NCBI GenBank assembly: GCA_041739995.1
Contig: JBGSMV010000047.1
Span: 32,001-96,000 of the forward strand
Length of the DNA: 64,000 bases
Direction of reading: 5' to 3'
From: Bdellovibrionota bacterium
Lineage (GTDB): Bacteria > Bdellovibrionota_C > UBA2361 > JBGSMV01
Positions 18,176 to 27,817 of the stretch are shown here, in pieces. The notes beneath the pieces are model-generated. The model saw only the letters and a program-made list of their open reading frames with translations. It made no database searches and was not told the DNA's origin. The number at the start of each line of letters is the position of its first letter. The stretch's first letter is position 1. The translations under genes were made by a program, and so were the position numbers.

Positions 18176-20158
18176 TTAGGCAACTTCAGAGTAACGCTCT
18201 GTCCTGCTACTCTTAGAGCTCCTTGAGGCCCCTTCTCTAAATTGGTGAATCGAGTCTTTGAGAGCACCTTCGAGACTTTCAAGCTCTACTGGCTTCATGA
18301 TGAACGCTGCTGCACCTTGAGCAAGAAACCGCGCACCATCACTGTCGCCCGTAAGCACAATGACCGGGAGCGCTCGCTGACTGACTGCCCCGCTCTCCAA
18401 GAGCGCCTCAACACCCCCAAACGGCATGTGCGCATCCGACACTATCGCTTCCACCTCGAAGGCATCGAGGCACTGCAACGCCTGAGCAACTGAATACGCG
18501 CGGACTGCTTCAATCCCACGAGTAGAGAGCGCTCTCGCAAGAGTGTCGACCGAGTCTCGATCATCATCAACCAATAACACTCGCAGCCGCTCAGTCGCGG
18601 CTTGCGGCCTTTCAGCTTGCAGCCCTCGATGAGCAGGGAAGCTCACCGTAAATTCAGAATATTGCCCTGCCTCAGAACGAACAGAAATCTGACCATCGTT
18701 TAGTTCAACCAAGGAGCGCGTTAAGGTAAGCCCCAGTCCAATTCCCTCAGCAAGTTCAGGCTGGAAACGAGTAAACGGTGTAAAGAGCTGCGCGATCTGC
18801 CCCTGCGTCATCCCCGCGCCGGTATCCGACACTACAATCTTCAGTTCCTGAGTGTTCCCATCAGCACTTACGCAAGATTTGAGCTCGAGTCCCACTCGTC
18901 CGGACTCTGTATATTTAAAGGCATTGCTCAATAGGTTGGTGACAATTCGTCTCACATGAACACGATCAGCTAAGACGAACACTTCTCCCTCAGGAATAGA
19001 GACGTCGAAGCGAAGCTTCTTCAGAGAAGCCGCGATCTTAAAGCTCTCCGCCAGGGTGCTTAAGATATCTTGTAAGGCCACAACTTCTAAGCGTTTCGTA
19101 ATAGTGCCAGTTTGCACACGAGAGAAGTCAATCAGGCTGCCCACCATCTCATCAAGCCCGTCGCAGTTGCGCATTGCCACATCAAGCAACTCAGGAAAGT
19201 CGCTCGCCTCTCCTTCAAGCTTAAGCACACTAAGAATCGCTTTTAGATTGCTGAGGGGCGAACGTATGTCATGAGAGATTTCGGTAATAAGTTTACTACT
19301 AGACTTTGAATGCGCCTCAGCCGAGACCACTCTTTCAGAGAGCACTTTCCTTTCACGAAAGAGCTGAAGCGCCTGTTCAAGTTCATGCGCCACTTGTGTA
19401 ATTCGCTCGCGCTCCAGATCTGTCGGAAAGCGGTCAGGCGGATAGCCCAACCACAACATTCCCATATCTCCTTGAACCGTAAAGGTGGCTGAGATCCCAA
19501 ATCGATAGCCAAACAACGCGAGAGCCTCTGACTCCACCATCTCAGAACGCACTAAGGCTGCACCAAACAAAGATTGGCATGCTTGGCGAAATCGGCTGCC
19601 TTGATTCCCCACCACACAGACGCTTGGTCCCAGAGTGACCACCGCACATGAATTTCTAAACCTACCTTTTAGAGCAATTAGGAAGTCTCGCGTTAAGGTT
19701 TCCTCATCTGAACACTGCTGCTCCGGAACTAATGACGTCTTGTGCTCATTAGAAAGTGCCACCGTCGCCAAACGATCGCTGCGCCTCTTAAGGTCCGCCG
19801 CTGCCGACTCTAGTTCCCAATCCTTAATGTTGAGACGACTGCGTAGCGCACCAATAGACGCGAAGAGAGACTTTCCAGTCGAGGATAAGTACTGTTCCGT
19901 TCCTGAACGAATATTGGTTTCGGCCCCAGAGAATGAACGCCAAGGAATGCCCCACACACGAGCAGCGCGCCTCAATCGTAGCCCGTCGTCTCCTATCAGC
20001 ACTCTGGCGGCACGCGCTGCTTGCCACAGGTCAATCCAGATCACGATAGAAGCACCGGCGAGAACTCCTCCTGAGCAGAACACCACGAACGGAAGCTCAT
20101 GGTAAGCGCCCAGGCAAAGCAGCGTAAAGGCCCCTATAATAATTACGAAAAGTCCCAT
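18176..20158 (-). CDS. Membrane hybrid sensor histidine kinase / response regulator
   Basis: Two N-terminal TMs; SHDIRSPL H-box, NLLSNAFKYT, DTGAGM, GIGLGL; C-terminal REC (LLVDDD, SDAHMP, KPV). Confidence 0.92.
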   Translation of the reverse strand: MGLFVIIIGAFTLLCLGAYHELPFVVFCSGGVLAGASIVIWIDLWQAARAARVLIGDDGLRLRRAARVWGIPWRSFSGAETNIRSGTEQYLSSTGKSLFASIGALRSRLNIKDWELESAAADLKRRSDRLATVALSNEHKTSLVPEQQCSDEETLTRDFLIALKGRFRNSCAVVTLGPSVCVVGNQGSRFRQACQSLFGAALVRSEMVESEALALFGYRFGISATFTVQGDMGMLWLGYPPDRFPTDLERERITQVAHELEQALQLFRERKVLSERVVSAEAHSKSSSKLITEISHDIRSPLSNLKAILSVLKLEGEASDFPELLDVAMRNCDGLDEMVGSLIDFSRVQTGTITKRLEVVALQDILSTLAESFKIAASLKKLRFDVSIPEGEVFVLADRVHVRRIVTNLLSNAFKYTESGRVGLELKSCVSADGNTQELKIVVSDTGAGMTQGQIAQLFTPFTRFQPELAEGIGLGLTLTRSLVELNDGQISVRSEAGQYSEFTVSFPAHRGLQAERPQAATERLRVLLVDDDRDSVDTLARALSTRGIEAVRAYSVAQALQCLDAFEVEAIVSDAHMPFGGVEALLESGAVSQRALPVIVLTGDSDGARFLAQGAAAFIMKPVELESLEGALKDSIHQFREGASRSSKSSRTERYSEVA

Positions 20159-20207
20159 ATCTGGCTCAAAAACTTTACTTTCGCTTTGTTACCTCTAAGG
20201 CAACGAC

Positions 20208-21095
20208 TCAAACTGATAGCTCCATGCCAGCAAGACGTTGCGCATGCAGACAAATCAATCTTGGATCCACCGACTTTAACAACAATAGGCTGGCTCCCGA
20301 CCGAAGTGCTCGCAACTCAAGTTCGATATCAGCATCTGACGTTAGCATCAGTATCGGAATATTTTTCAGGGCGGGAATCGCTCGAAGCTTACCGAGGAAC
20401 TCAACCCCATTCATCTTCGGCATGTGAACATCACTGATTATCAACTCAATGGATTCGCCCTGTGAGGCTAGATGCTTCCATGCAGCCTCACCGTTTGAGA
20501 CATGTATCGGCTCGAATCCATGTCGAACGAGAAATCGCGAAACGACGGAAGCAAAGGTTTGATTATCTTCAACCAAAAGAACTCTGGAGCGTTTGGTACT
20601 TTCATTGTGGGCGTGGAAAGATACTTGGTCAGGCGCTCTTTCAGCACAAACAGGAAGCGCAAAAGAAGCTGCGCTGCTCACTGTTTCGCTACTCACTGGC
20701 TCACTACTCACCGCTTGCGCTGGCGCACTGATCTTAAGCTCGATACTCAAGCTACTCGCTCGTGCCACCAGAACACCCATTGACTTCCAGTCATTAGTGG
20801 AACGAACAAAATGACAGGCGGGGGACAGTGCCTCCCATGCACGCGCGCTGATACTACCAATTGCTGGCGCTCCGCTACGAGTTTGAAAGCGGTACTCTCC
20901 TTTTCTCTTTGAGCGGTTTACCAACTCAAGAGTTCTGGTCTCTCCTGAACGAGACAGGATCACTGAGCAAACACCTTCATGAAATAAGCCATGCTCAACT
21001 GCCTCTTCTCGAATGACCTCAATGACGCGCGTCACCAGTGGATCAGACGCGAGTGCGTTAATCTGCGGTGATTCTTGTCCCGTTTCGCTGCTCAT
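20208..21095 (-). CDS. Response regulator (C-terminal REC) with uncharacterised N-terminal domain
   Basis: VLLVEDN, IISDVHMPKMNG, IPILMLT. Confidence 0.88.
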   Translation of the reverse strand: MSSETGQESPQINALASDPLVTRVIEVIREEAVEHGLFHEGVCSVILSRSGETRTLELVNRSKRKGEYRFQTRSGAPAIGSISARAWEALSPACHFVRSTNDWKSMGVLVARASSLSIELKISAPAQAVSSEPVSSETVSSAASFALPVCAERAPDQVSFHAHNESTKRSRVLLVEDNQTFASVVSRFLVRHGFEPIHVSNGEAAWKHLASQGESIELIISDVHMPKMNGVEFLGKLRAIPALKNIPILMLTSDADIELELRALRSGASLLLLKSVDPRLICLHAQRLAGMELSV

Positions 21096-21784
21096 ACGCC
21101 TCCAAACTCCCCTCGAAGCGGTATAACCTTCCAGTCAAAGACCATATCGTGGTCCACCAATCCGAGTGTCGAGAGCGCCCCAGCGGTCGGGGAATTTTCA
21201 AGCGAGACAAACACCCTAATTCCAAGCAGGACCGCGAGCGGTATGTAGGCCTCTTCGGCGCCAGGAGCGCCCGGAAGCGGAAATGCGTACATGCTTGATG
21301 AGCCAGGCTGCCCCGCCAATCGCTCAAACTCTTTCTGAAGTGAAGTCTTCTGGTTTAACTCTGCCGATATCGGAAGGTCGCCTCTTCTAAACGACAAAGA
21401 TGGCCTGACTAAAACTCTTTGCACCGCCCCGTCTCTAGGTGACAAATCTAAGACCGCAACTTCGACCTCGATACGATACTCTCTGGCAGAGGCTGAAGTT
21501 GTTTCCTCAAGCTGAATTCGGGCTCGATCAATTAGTCTTTCAACCCCCGACCTCAAAGCAGATTCATTCACCTCGATTGACCCATCATCACGCAGCACTA
21601 GCGATGTCAGCGCATGGTCATAGCTCGCAAGGTCCGCAACCCTACTCACCTGGTAGCTAGACAGCAGAAGGTCTCCCACTCCAACCGCACCAATCAAGAC
21701 ACTGAGTGAAATGAGCAGCACGACGGCCAGCTCAAACATGCTTGTTCCGGCAGAGGCTCTGCTATGAAATCTGACGGACGTCAT
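21092..21784 (-). CDS. TadE/F-like minor pilin
   Basis: Prepilin-like G|TSMFE followed by a hydrophobic helix; Tad context. Confidence 0.6.
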   Translation of the reverse strand: MTSVRFHSRASAGTSMFELAVVLLISLSVLIGAVGVGDLLLSSYQVSRVADLASYDHALTSLVLRDDGSIEVNESALRSGVERLIDRARIQLEETTSASAREYRIEVEVAVLDLSPRDGAVQRVLVRPSLSFRRGDLPISAELNQKTSLQKEFERLAGQPGSSSMYAFPLPGAPGAEEAYIPLAVLLGIRVFVSLENSPTAGALSTLGLVDHDMVFDWKVIPLRGEFGGV

Positions 21785-23277
21785 TTTGCAAGCACCGCCT
21801 GTCGTCCACTCAAAGCAATCGCGCTGCTCACTTTACGAAGCGCCTCTTCGGGCGACTCAACAAACATGGCGCGTAAGCTTAAATTCGGCAGCGCTCCCCC
21901 AGTGAGGACTCCTTGCGATACCTCAAAAAAGAGTTGCTCCAGCTCTGACTTCTGCGCCAGAACACCGGCACGAAATATCTCATCAAGCAGCACCACATAA
22001 AAAAGTTGAACTCTGCGCGTAGGGTTGCTGAGCGCGAGAGCGCGGTAGCCCATCAATGCTTCCCGAAGTTGATCGGAGACTCTCGAGTCGTCACCAAATT
22101 TTCTAAACTCTGCATTCACGACAGCCCAAGGAAGATCGGGGGAGAACACCACCGCAATATGATCGGTATGGTTCGAGAGTCCGCCTCTTCCATTCTGAAC
22201 TAAAGGAGTGATGCGCGATTTTAATTCATGCAGCACGATATCGATTTGAGGTGGATCAGTATGGGCGACTGCGGACCAGAGCGCTTCAGATGCCCGTAGT
22301 TGCCCGAGGTATGACGGATTGAGTCGGGCATCTGAAGTCACCACAAGACCCGCTTCACCGGGCGGATTGAAGTGGGAGGGGATGCCTGAGAGGCCTGCAG
22401 GAAAGCCAAACTCCTCAAGAGCTACTCTTTCAAACTGTGCAGCTGCCGCACACCACTCTGCATCGCCCAGCGTGCGGTGATACTCAGGAAAGATTCCTTC
22501 GGCTTCACCCGCGCCCACAATATCTTGAACAATCCCGGGTCTGCGCACATCACGAATCGCGAACTGAGAAGGGAACACTCCCATTCCCACACTGTTCAAT
22601 CGAGAGCCAGCTAAATAGTCGTGTAAACCCAGCGCCGTTCGCTTCAATGTCGAGAACACTCTGTTGAAGCACTGTGAGGTTAGATATCTGGAATCATTGG
22701 GTATTTCTGGGTAAATGGCCGGAAAGTCATAAGAGAAAAAGGTCGAATGCAGGCCGCTCTGAAGAAATAGATCTGTTTCGGCAGGAACTCTAGGGGCAAC
22801 GTTTCTAGAAATGTCTACCGCAATGTAGGCGTCAATCGGATCAACTCGAGCCGTTGAAAACGCCGTAAACGGAACTGCCACTCCAGGAAGAAAAAACTGG
22901 GCGAAGGTAAGTGGGGTCGAGCTCGCTAATTCTAAAGTTACCAAATCACTATCAATTCGAATATTTGCGGCTTCAGTCAACTCTCCAAACCGAGAGAGAT
23001 ACATTTGCGCAGCATTACGCGCCCGTGTCACATCAGGAAGCAATCGAGCTGCGTGCAACACTGCTTCATCCACCGCAAGCTGGGCTCGCTGTTGCTCTCT
23101 ATAATAACTGCTTAGGTCCAAAAACAGAGAGAACAGCAAAAAAAACAACGGCACAAAGAGCGCACCGAACATAATCGCCGTGCTACCACTCTCTCGAGCT
23201 CTTCGGGTGCGCGCCTTCAAGCACAGCGCCACTCGCTCCTCATTTGGCTCCTCGAATGTAAAACTACCGACTCTCAT
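21781..23277 (-). CDS. TadG-like pilus-associated protein
   Basis: RESG|STAIM, TM, LDLS...AQLAVDEAVLHAA Tad domain; degenerate vWA-like region (IAVDIS). Confidence 0.7.
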   Translation of the reverse strand: MRVGSFTFEEPNEERVALCLKARTRRARESGSTAIMFGALFVPLFFLLFSLFLDLSSYYREQQRAQLAVDEAVLHAARLLPDVTRARNAAQMYLSRFGELTEAANIRIDSDLVTLELASSTPLTFAQFFLPGVAVPFTAFSTARVDPIDAYIAVDISRNVAPRVPAETDLFLQSGLHSTFFSYDFPAIYPEIPNDSRYLTSQCFNRVFSTLKRTALGLHDYLAGSRLNSVGMGVFPSQFAIRDVRRPGIVQDIVGAGEAEGIFPEYHRTLGDAEWCAAAAQFERVALEEFGFPAGLSGIPSHFNPPGEAGLVVTSDARLNPSYLGQLRASEALWSAVAHTDPPQIDIVLHELKSRITPLVQNGRGGLSNHTDHIAVVFSPDLPWAVVNAEFRKFGDDSRVSDQLREALMGYRALALSNPTRRVQLFYVVLLDEIFRAGVLAQKSELEQLFFEVSQGVLTGGALPNLSLRAMFVESPEEALRKVSSAIALSGRQAVLAK

Positions 23278-23286
23278 TCCAATATC

Positions 23287-24231
23287 CTATTTCGGCATCG
23301 CTTCTGACATCATGCCAAGCACCTGCATTAACGGCGCGGTGATGAAGAACAAAATAAGGCCTGCAAAAGTACTAAGCAGAGGCAGTGTGGCCCGCACTGG
23401 CATGGTTGCTATCTCTTCTTCTACTTGCTCTTGAAAATATAGCTGCGTGGCGTCGCTCAACTCTCGAAGTGGCTTCACCACTTCACCGCCCTCTTGGGTT
23501 GCGACCGAGAGATGCACAAAGGCATGTTTTAATGCTGAGGAATGTACTCCGGCGGCCACATCCTTCAGCGCATCCTCAAATCGCCGGCCACTCTCAACAA
23601 GCGTAACCACTAATTCCAGAAGTTTGGTGACAGGATCTATCCTGCTCGAAACTCGCGAATCTTTGAGCTCCGTGTCACCTACCTCAATCTCAACCACGCG
23701 CTTGATCGCGGGAAATACGTCGATTCCTGCCTCCACCGCCATGACAATTCTCTCCATCACTATCGGCAGAAAAAAATCAATCTCCTTAGTCACTGCTGCG
23801 CTTGCTCGGCGAACCATGGCGCCCTCGATCAAAAGTGCCATTGACGGAACAAGCACCGCCACTGCAACAAGAAAACCCCAAGAGCGCCCCATACCAAAGG
23901 CCAGCAAACACGCAAGCACTACCGCAGCGGACATTCGCACCATCAGTTTTGCTCCAATAATGGACTGAGTGCGGTAGCCAACTAACACATCATCGGCAAG
24001 AGATCGGCTCGCGCCCTTAAGTTCCTTACTACTTGCGCTCCTCACTTCACTGCCCTCTCCATTCGCATCTCCTGCTCGGTCGCCCGATAAGGTGCGTACT
24101 CGGCTATCCTCGTCGGCTCCACGAAGCACGAATGCAGAGCGAACCCCCCAACAAGTCAGGATCACCCCAAGCACCATGCCGATTACAGACATGACCTGAG
24201 CGAGAGATTGTTGGCCCAAAAGAGTTTCCAT
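23287..24231 (-). CDS. tadC: Tad platform protein TadC (T2SS F family)
   Basis: LPIVMERIVMAVEAG; C-terminal TM; position after tadB. Confidence 0.75.
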   Translation of the reverse strand: METLLGQQSLAQVMSVIGMVLGVILTCWGVRSAFVLRGADEDSRVRTLSGDRAGDANGEGSEVRSASSKELKGASRSLADDVLVGYRTQSIIGAKLMVRMSAAVVLACLLAFGMGRSWGFLVAVAVLVPSMALLIEGAMVRRASAAVTKEIDFFLPIVMERIVMAVEAGIDVFPAIKRVVEIEVGDTELKDSRVSSRIDPVTKLLELVVTLVESGRRFEDALKDVAAGVHSSALKHAFVHLSVATQEGGEVVKPLRELSDATQLYFQEQVEEEIATMPVRATLPLLSTFAGLILFFITAPLMQVLGMMSEAMPK

Positions 24232-24233
24232 AC

Positions 24234-25175
24234 TTAAATTCTCGCGCGAGTCATGCGAAACATTCCTACAAGACCAAGCATCATCAAAATTCCAGCTGCC
24301 ACTAACATTCGAAATCCGAGCGGGTGAGCGGTTGCCATATACAGTGCCTTGTTATTCACCACCGCTTGAAAGAGAACGATCAATAACGCACATCCCGCAA
24401 TTCCGATGGAAGACAGCTTCTGCATGGCAATCGAGGCGCGCATTCTTCTTCTGAATGACTGGCGATTCCTGGTAACTCGCGCGAGGCGATGTAGGCACTT
24501 TGCAAGCGAGGAGCCTTCTTTCCGAGCAAGAAGAAAGGCTGTTCGAAACAGAGGAATGTCTGGGTGGTTTATGGTCTCGCCAAACCGTCGAAGCGCCAAC
24601 TCTTCACCTTGTCCGGCATTTATCGCGTCGACAAACTTGCGTAACTCCTTGCCAAGCTCTGACTCCTGCGAAAACAGCTCAGCAGCTTGTTGCAGCGCCA
24701 CTATCGGATCAAGTCCAGTTCGAATCGAAGACGCGAGTGCGACTAACATTGACGGATAATCGCGCTCAAATCGCTCCGCTCGTCGAAACACTGCGCGACG
24801 TAGCCAACACATAGCGGCGAAGATAACTGCAGGAATGGCCAACAACGGCAGCCCTGTTCTTAACCCCGCAGCGATAAGAATCGAAGTGAGTACGACACAC
24901 AGCACTATCGTGCTTAACGCTTTTAGCTCGACGCGAGATACTTCTGCCTGCGTCGTGAGCCGTAGTAACTCCCGTCTTATCTGATTTTTGACTCCCGTTT
25001 CGGCCGATGAATCAGCCTCTTCAACGCCTCCCGTCGCTCTGCTTCCCATCGATTTGTCCGAGACATTTCGTCCCTCGCCGCGAGACTCTCCTGATAGAGC
25101 GCCGCCCGCATGCCCCATAACGCGGTGAGCCCGGTCACGTTGTGCCTTTTCTCCTACGGCCCAGCTCATCGCCAT
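24234..25175 (-). CDS. tadB: Tad platform protein TadB (T2SS F family)
   Basis: FERDYPSMLVALASSIRTG, EGSSLAKCLHRLA. Confidence 0.8.
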   Translation of the reverse strand: MAMSWAVGEKAQRDRAHRVMGHAGGALSGESRGEGRNVSDKSMGSRATGGVEEADSSAETGVKNQIRRELLRLTTQAEVSRVELKALSTIVLCVVLTSILIAAGLRTGLPLLAIPAVIFAAMCWLRRAVFRRAERFERDYPSMLVALASSIRTGLDPIVALQQAAELFSQESELGKELRKFVDAINAGQGEELALRRFGETINHPDIPLFRTAFLLARKEGSSLAKCLHRLARVTRNRQSFRRRMRASIAMQKLSSIGIAGCALLIVLFQAVVNNKALYMATAHPLGFRMLVAAGILMMLGLVGMFRMTRARI

Positions 25176-25177
25176 AC

Positions 25178-26590
25178 TTATGACCCTCTATACATTGCGC
25201 CGGCAGAGTTCCGCTGACGCAGAGACTCGGCCAGCACGACTTGATCGGGCAGCTCCAGAGAGCTTGGTAGAGAAGAGAGAATTACAGGCTGGTCCAAGAT
25301 CTCAAGCGCTTCGCTGTGTGCGCTCGATTTAGTCACTACACGCCAGGAGGGAACAGAATCGTTTGGTGCGTAGCGAAACATCTCTCGCACTCGCAGCACA
25401 CCATCTGCCACCGGTCCGATCTCGCACACTTCCTGAATTCGCCTCTCTCCGGACATTGCACACACTCCAAGGTGAACCACGACCTGAACCGCCGTGGCGA
25501 TCTGTTCGGTAAGTACCTGTCGTTCTACTCCGCGCTGGGCTCTGCCGAGAAAAAGTTCAAGCCGCACTACCGCTTCTGAAGCACTGCGTGCATGTATCGT
25601 CGAAAGTCCGGGGTGTCCTGACACGCACACATCAATGAACGCTTCAGCAGCTTCTGCGTCTCGCATCTCACCAAAAATGATGCGATTCATAGCCATGCGC
25701 ATCCCTGCCCGAATGCATTCGCTTGGAGAAAGTCTTCCTGCACCATCGGAGTTCGCTTCACGTGTGGTGACATAACGAACATGCGGATGTTCAAGACGGA
25801 TTTCCGGAGTGTCTTCGATTACCAATATTGATTCCTCAGCGGGAATACTTCCAGCCAGACCGCGCGCCAATGTCGTTTTGCCTGTGCCTACTTCTCCGAC
25901 AATCAGAAGGGTTCGTCCGGCGCACACCATGCCTCGCAGATAGCCAAGCACCGCATGCGGCGCGAGCCCACGCTCCAGCAAGTCTTCCAAAGAAACTCTA
26001 GCAAATCGATTCAAGCGAATGGTGAGATAGGGGCCACCTTCACAAACCGAATCGTGCACTGCGTGCACTCGGGCGAAGGAACCTATCATGCCGTCGGCAA
26101 TTGGCTTTCTTGTGGAATAAGTCGTCTCAGCACGATAGAGCAGTCGCTCGACGAACGCTTGGTAGGCCTCGGGGCTTGGAAACTTAAGACTAGTCGCTAC
26201 ATTGTTTCTGCCCTGCTGCACGCAAATCCGTCTGTGGCCGGACACAATGATGTCCGAAACAGTCGGGTCATCGACAAGTTGCTGAAGAATTCCAAAAGGC
26301 TTCTGGTCGCGCTCAAGCAATGAAATGACTTGATCTCGCTCAAAACTTGAGAGATCAAAACCAAGACGCTGAGCAACTTCTTGAACTTTCCACTCTAGTT
26401 CCTGAGGACTAAAAGGCGCTTCACTGTCGCTTTGTGCCCGGCTGAGTCCAAGCTCGCGCTGCACTTCTTCTAATATATATGTCAGTGCCGGAGATAATTG
26501 GGATTGGGCCGATTTTTCCATAGCCCCCTGCCCCGCAGGAAGCAGTCGAAGGGCGCCCGCGGATTCTGGTTGGGGGAGAAGCTTTCTCAT
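25178..26590 (-). CDS. cpaF: Tad pilus ATPase CpaF/TadA
   Basis: DPTVSDIIV, GEVGTGKTT, IEDTPE, IIFGEMR, GHPGLSTIHA. Confidence 0.92.
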   Translation of the reverse strand: MRKLLPQPESAGALRLLPAGQGAMEKSAQSQLSPALTYILEEVQRELGLSRAQSDSEAPFSPQELEWKVQEVAQRLGFDLSSFERDQVISLLERDQKPFGILQQLVDDPTVSDIIVSGHRRICVQQGRNNVATSLKFPSPEAYQAFVERLLYRAETTYSTRKPIADGMIGSFARVHAVHDSVCEGGPYLTIRLNRFARVSLEDLLERGLAPHAVLGYLRGMVCAGRTLLIVGEVGTGKTTLARGLAGSIPAEESILVIEDTPEIRLEHPHVRYVTTREANSDGAGRLSPSECIRAGMRMAMNRIIFGEMRDAEAAEAFIDVCVSGHPGLSTIHARSASEAVVRLELFLGRAQRGVERQVLTEQIATAVQVVVHLGVCAMSGERRIQEVCEIGPVADGVLRVREMFRYAPNDSVPSWRVVTKSSAHSEALEILDQPVILSSLPSSLELPDQVVLAESLRQRNSAGAMYRGS

Positions 26591-27498
26591 CGCTCCTCAC
26601 CAATTAGCGTACCTTGGGGAATCACTTCAGTTCGAATCCATTTTCCCCGTGAAAGTGCAAATGAACGAACGCCCGCATCATCTTGATAAGACACAAAGCC
26701 ATTGATGCCGTCCCCTTCCCCGTTGCGGCCGTCACGTGCCGTAGTGTTATCTAACTGCTGGGCGGTAAAACTAACGTCACTCCAGTTCTCCTCATCGCGG
26801 CTTCCACGCAGCGCGAAAGCAATACGACCACGAGGAATTGCGGTATTAATTGCTAAGCATTGGTCTTGAGTAACGAGAATGGTCACCGTGCTTGGCACAC
26901 TCGGCGCAGACTGGCCTTCGACAGGAAGTACCGAGCGTTCCGCTGAAAGAATCTTTACTCGCTCAGCGACTACGCTGGTTCTATCTCTTTCGATCAACAA
27001 GACATCGACTATCGATCCAGAGCCTGCCCAACCTTCCACTGCGGCTGTGGCATCCACGCGTATCGTCATGGCTCTCATACCTGACGGAATGCTGTCGAGT
27101 ACTGGATTTGAGCCAGAAGCATTGAGCGAAAAATTCTTCGGAAACATCGGAAGACCGGCCGGCAATGACGCCACCGTAACCGATTCAGCATAGTGCTCAA
27201 CGTCCAAGATACTGTCTGCCGGAACCTGATGCTTAGGAAACGAAACCTTCCGCAATCGGACATCCCGCATGCGAACTCCGGAAGCGACTGGGTCAACCGG
27301 TACCGGCACTGACACGGTATCAAACTCAGCGACCACCGGTGCAAGCACCGGGGCCGCCGCATTCCCGCCCGCACGCGACAATATTGTCGCCGCGGCCACC
27401 AAGCACACACCAATTACGGCACTTGCCGCAAAAGCGGAGCTGCCTCTGCTCTTACGACTAGGAATTGATTGTGAACGCCTTGGCATGTGAATCCTCAA
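26587..27498 (-). CDS. cpaB: Flp pilus assembly protein CpaB/RcpC
   Basis: SAF-like region, IPSGMRAMTIRVD, GSIVDVL, TVTILVT, ALR. Confidence 0.88.
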   Translation of the reverse strand: MRIHMPRRSQSIPSRKSRGSSAFAASAVIGVCLVAAATILSRAGGNAAAPVLAPVVAEFDTVSVPVPVDPVASGVRMRDVRLRKVSFPKHQVPADSILDVEHYAESVTVASLPAGLPMFPKNFSLNASGSNPVLDSIPSGMRAMTIRVDATAAVEGWAGSGSIVDVLLIERDRTSVVAERVKILSAERSVLPVEGQSAPSVPSTVTILVTQDQCLAINTAIPRGRIAFALRGSRDEENWSDVSFTAQQLDNTTARDGRNGEGDGINGFVSYQDDAGVRSFALSRGKWIRTEVIPQGTLIGEER

Positions 27499-27533
27499 AG
27501 ATGGGTGGCACGGGCTTGGAGTTTGGCTCTCGA

Positions 27534-27752
27534 TTACTGTGAACTGCTGCCGTCGATTTCACCGGCACGAGTCGTTGCCCAGTTACCAATCGAATTCAGA
27601 AGTACCTCTATATTCTCTCCCATCAGCGTAAGGGCGCCCCAAATCGTTACCAAGATCACCGCGGCTCCAGCGCAGTACTCGAGTAGCGAGAACCCTCTCT
27701 CTCCTCGACCAGTTCGCTTTGACTTTGCCTTGATGGTTGCTGTGCTTTTCAT
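27534..27752 (-). CDS. flp: Flp (type IVc) prepilin
   Basis: Basic leader, ERG|FSLLEY Flp motif, hydrophobic helix; GGAG RBS. Confidence 0.85.
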   Translation of the reverse strand: MKSTATIKAKSKRTGRGERGFSLLEYCAGAAVILVTIWGALTLMGENIEVLLNSIGNWATTRAGEIDGSSSQ

Positions 27753-27817
27753 ATGTTTTCTCCGTAATAAATCGTTACCGCTTCAAAGACCTTCTTTGGC
27801 TCTCTATTCTCAATGCA

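Noticed and set aside
27505..27520. Sigma54-like TGGCAC...TTGG near flp/cpaB
   Set aside because: Wrong spacing, wrong -12 element and wrong strand for the operon
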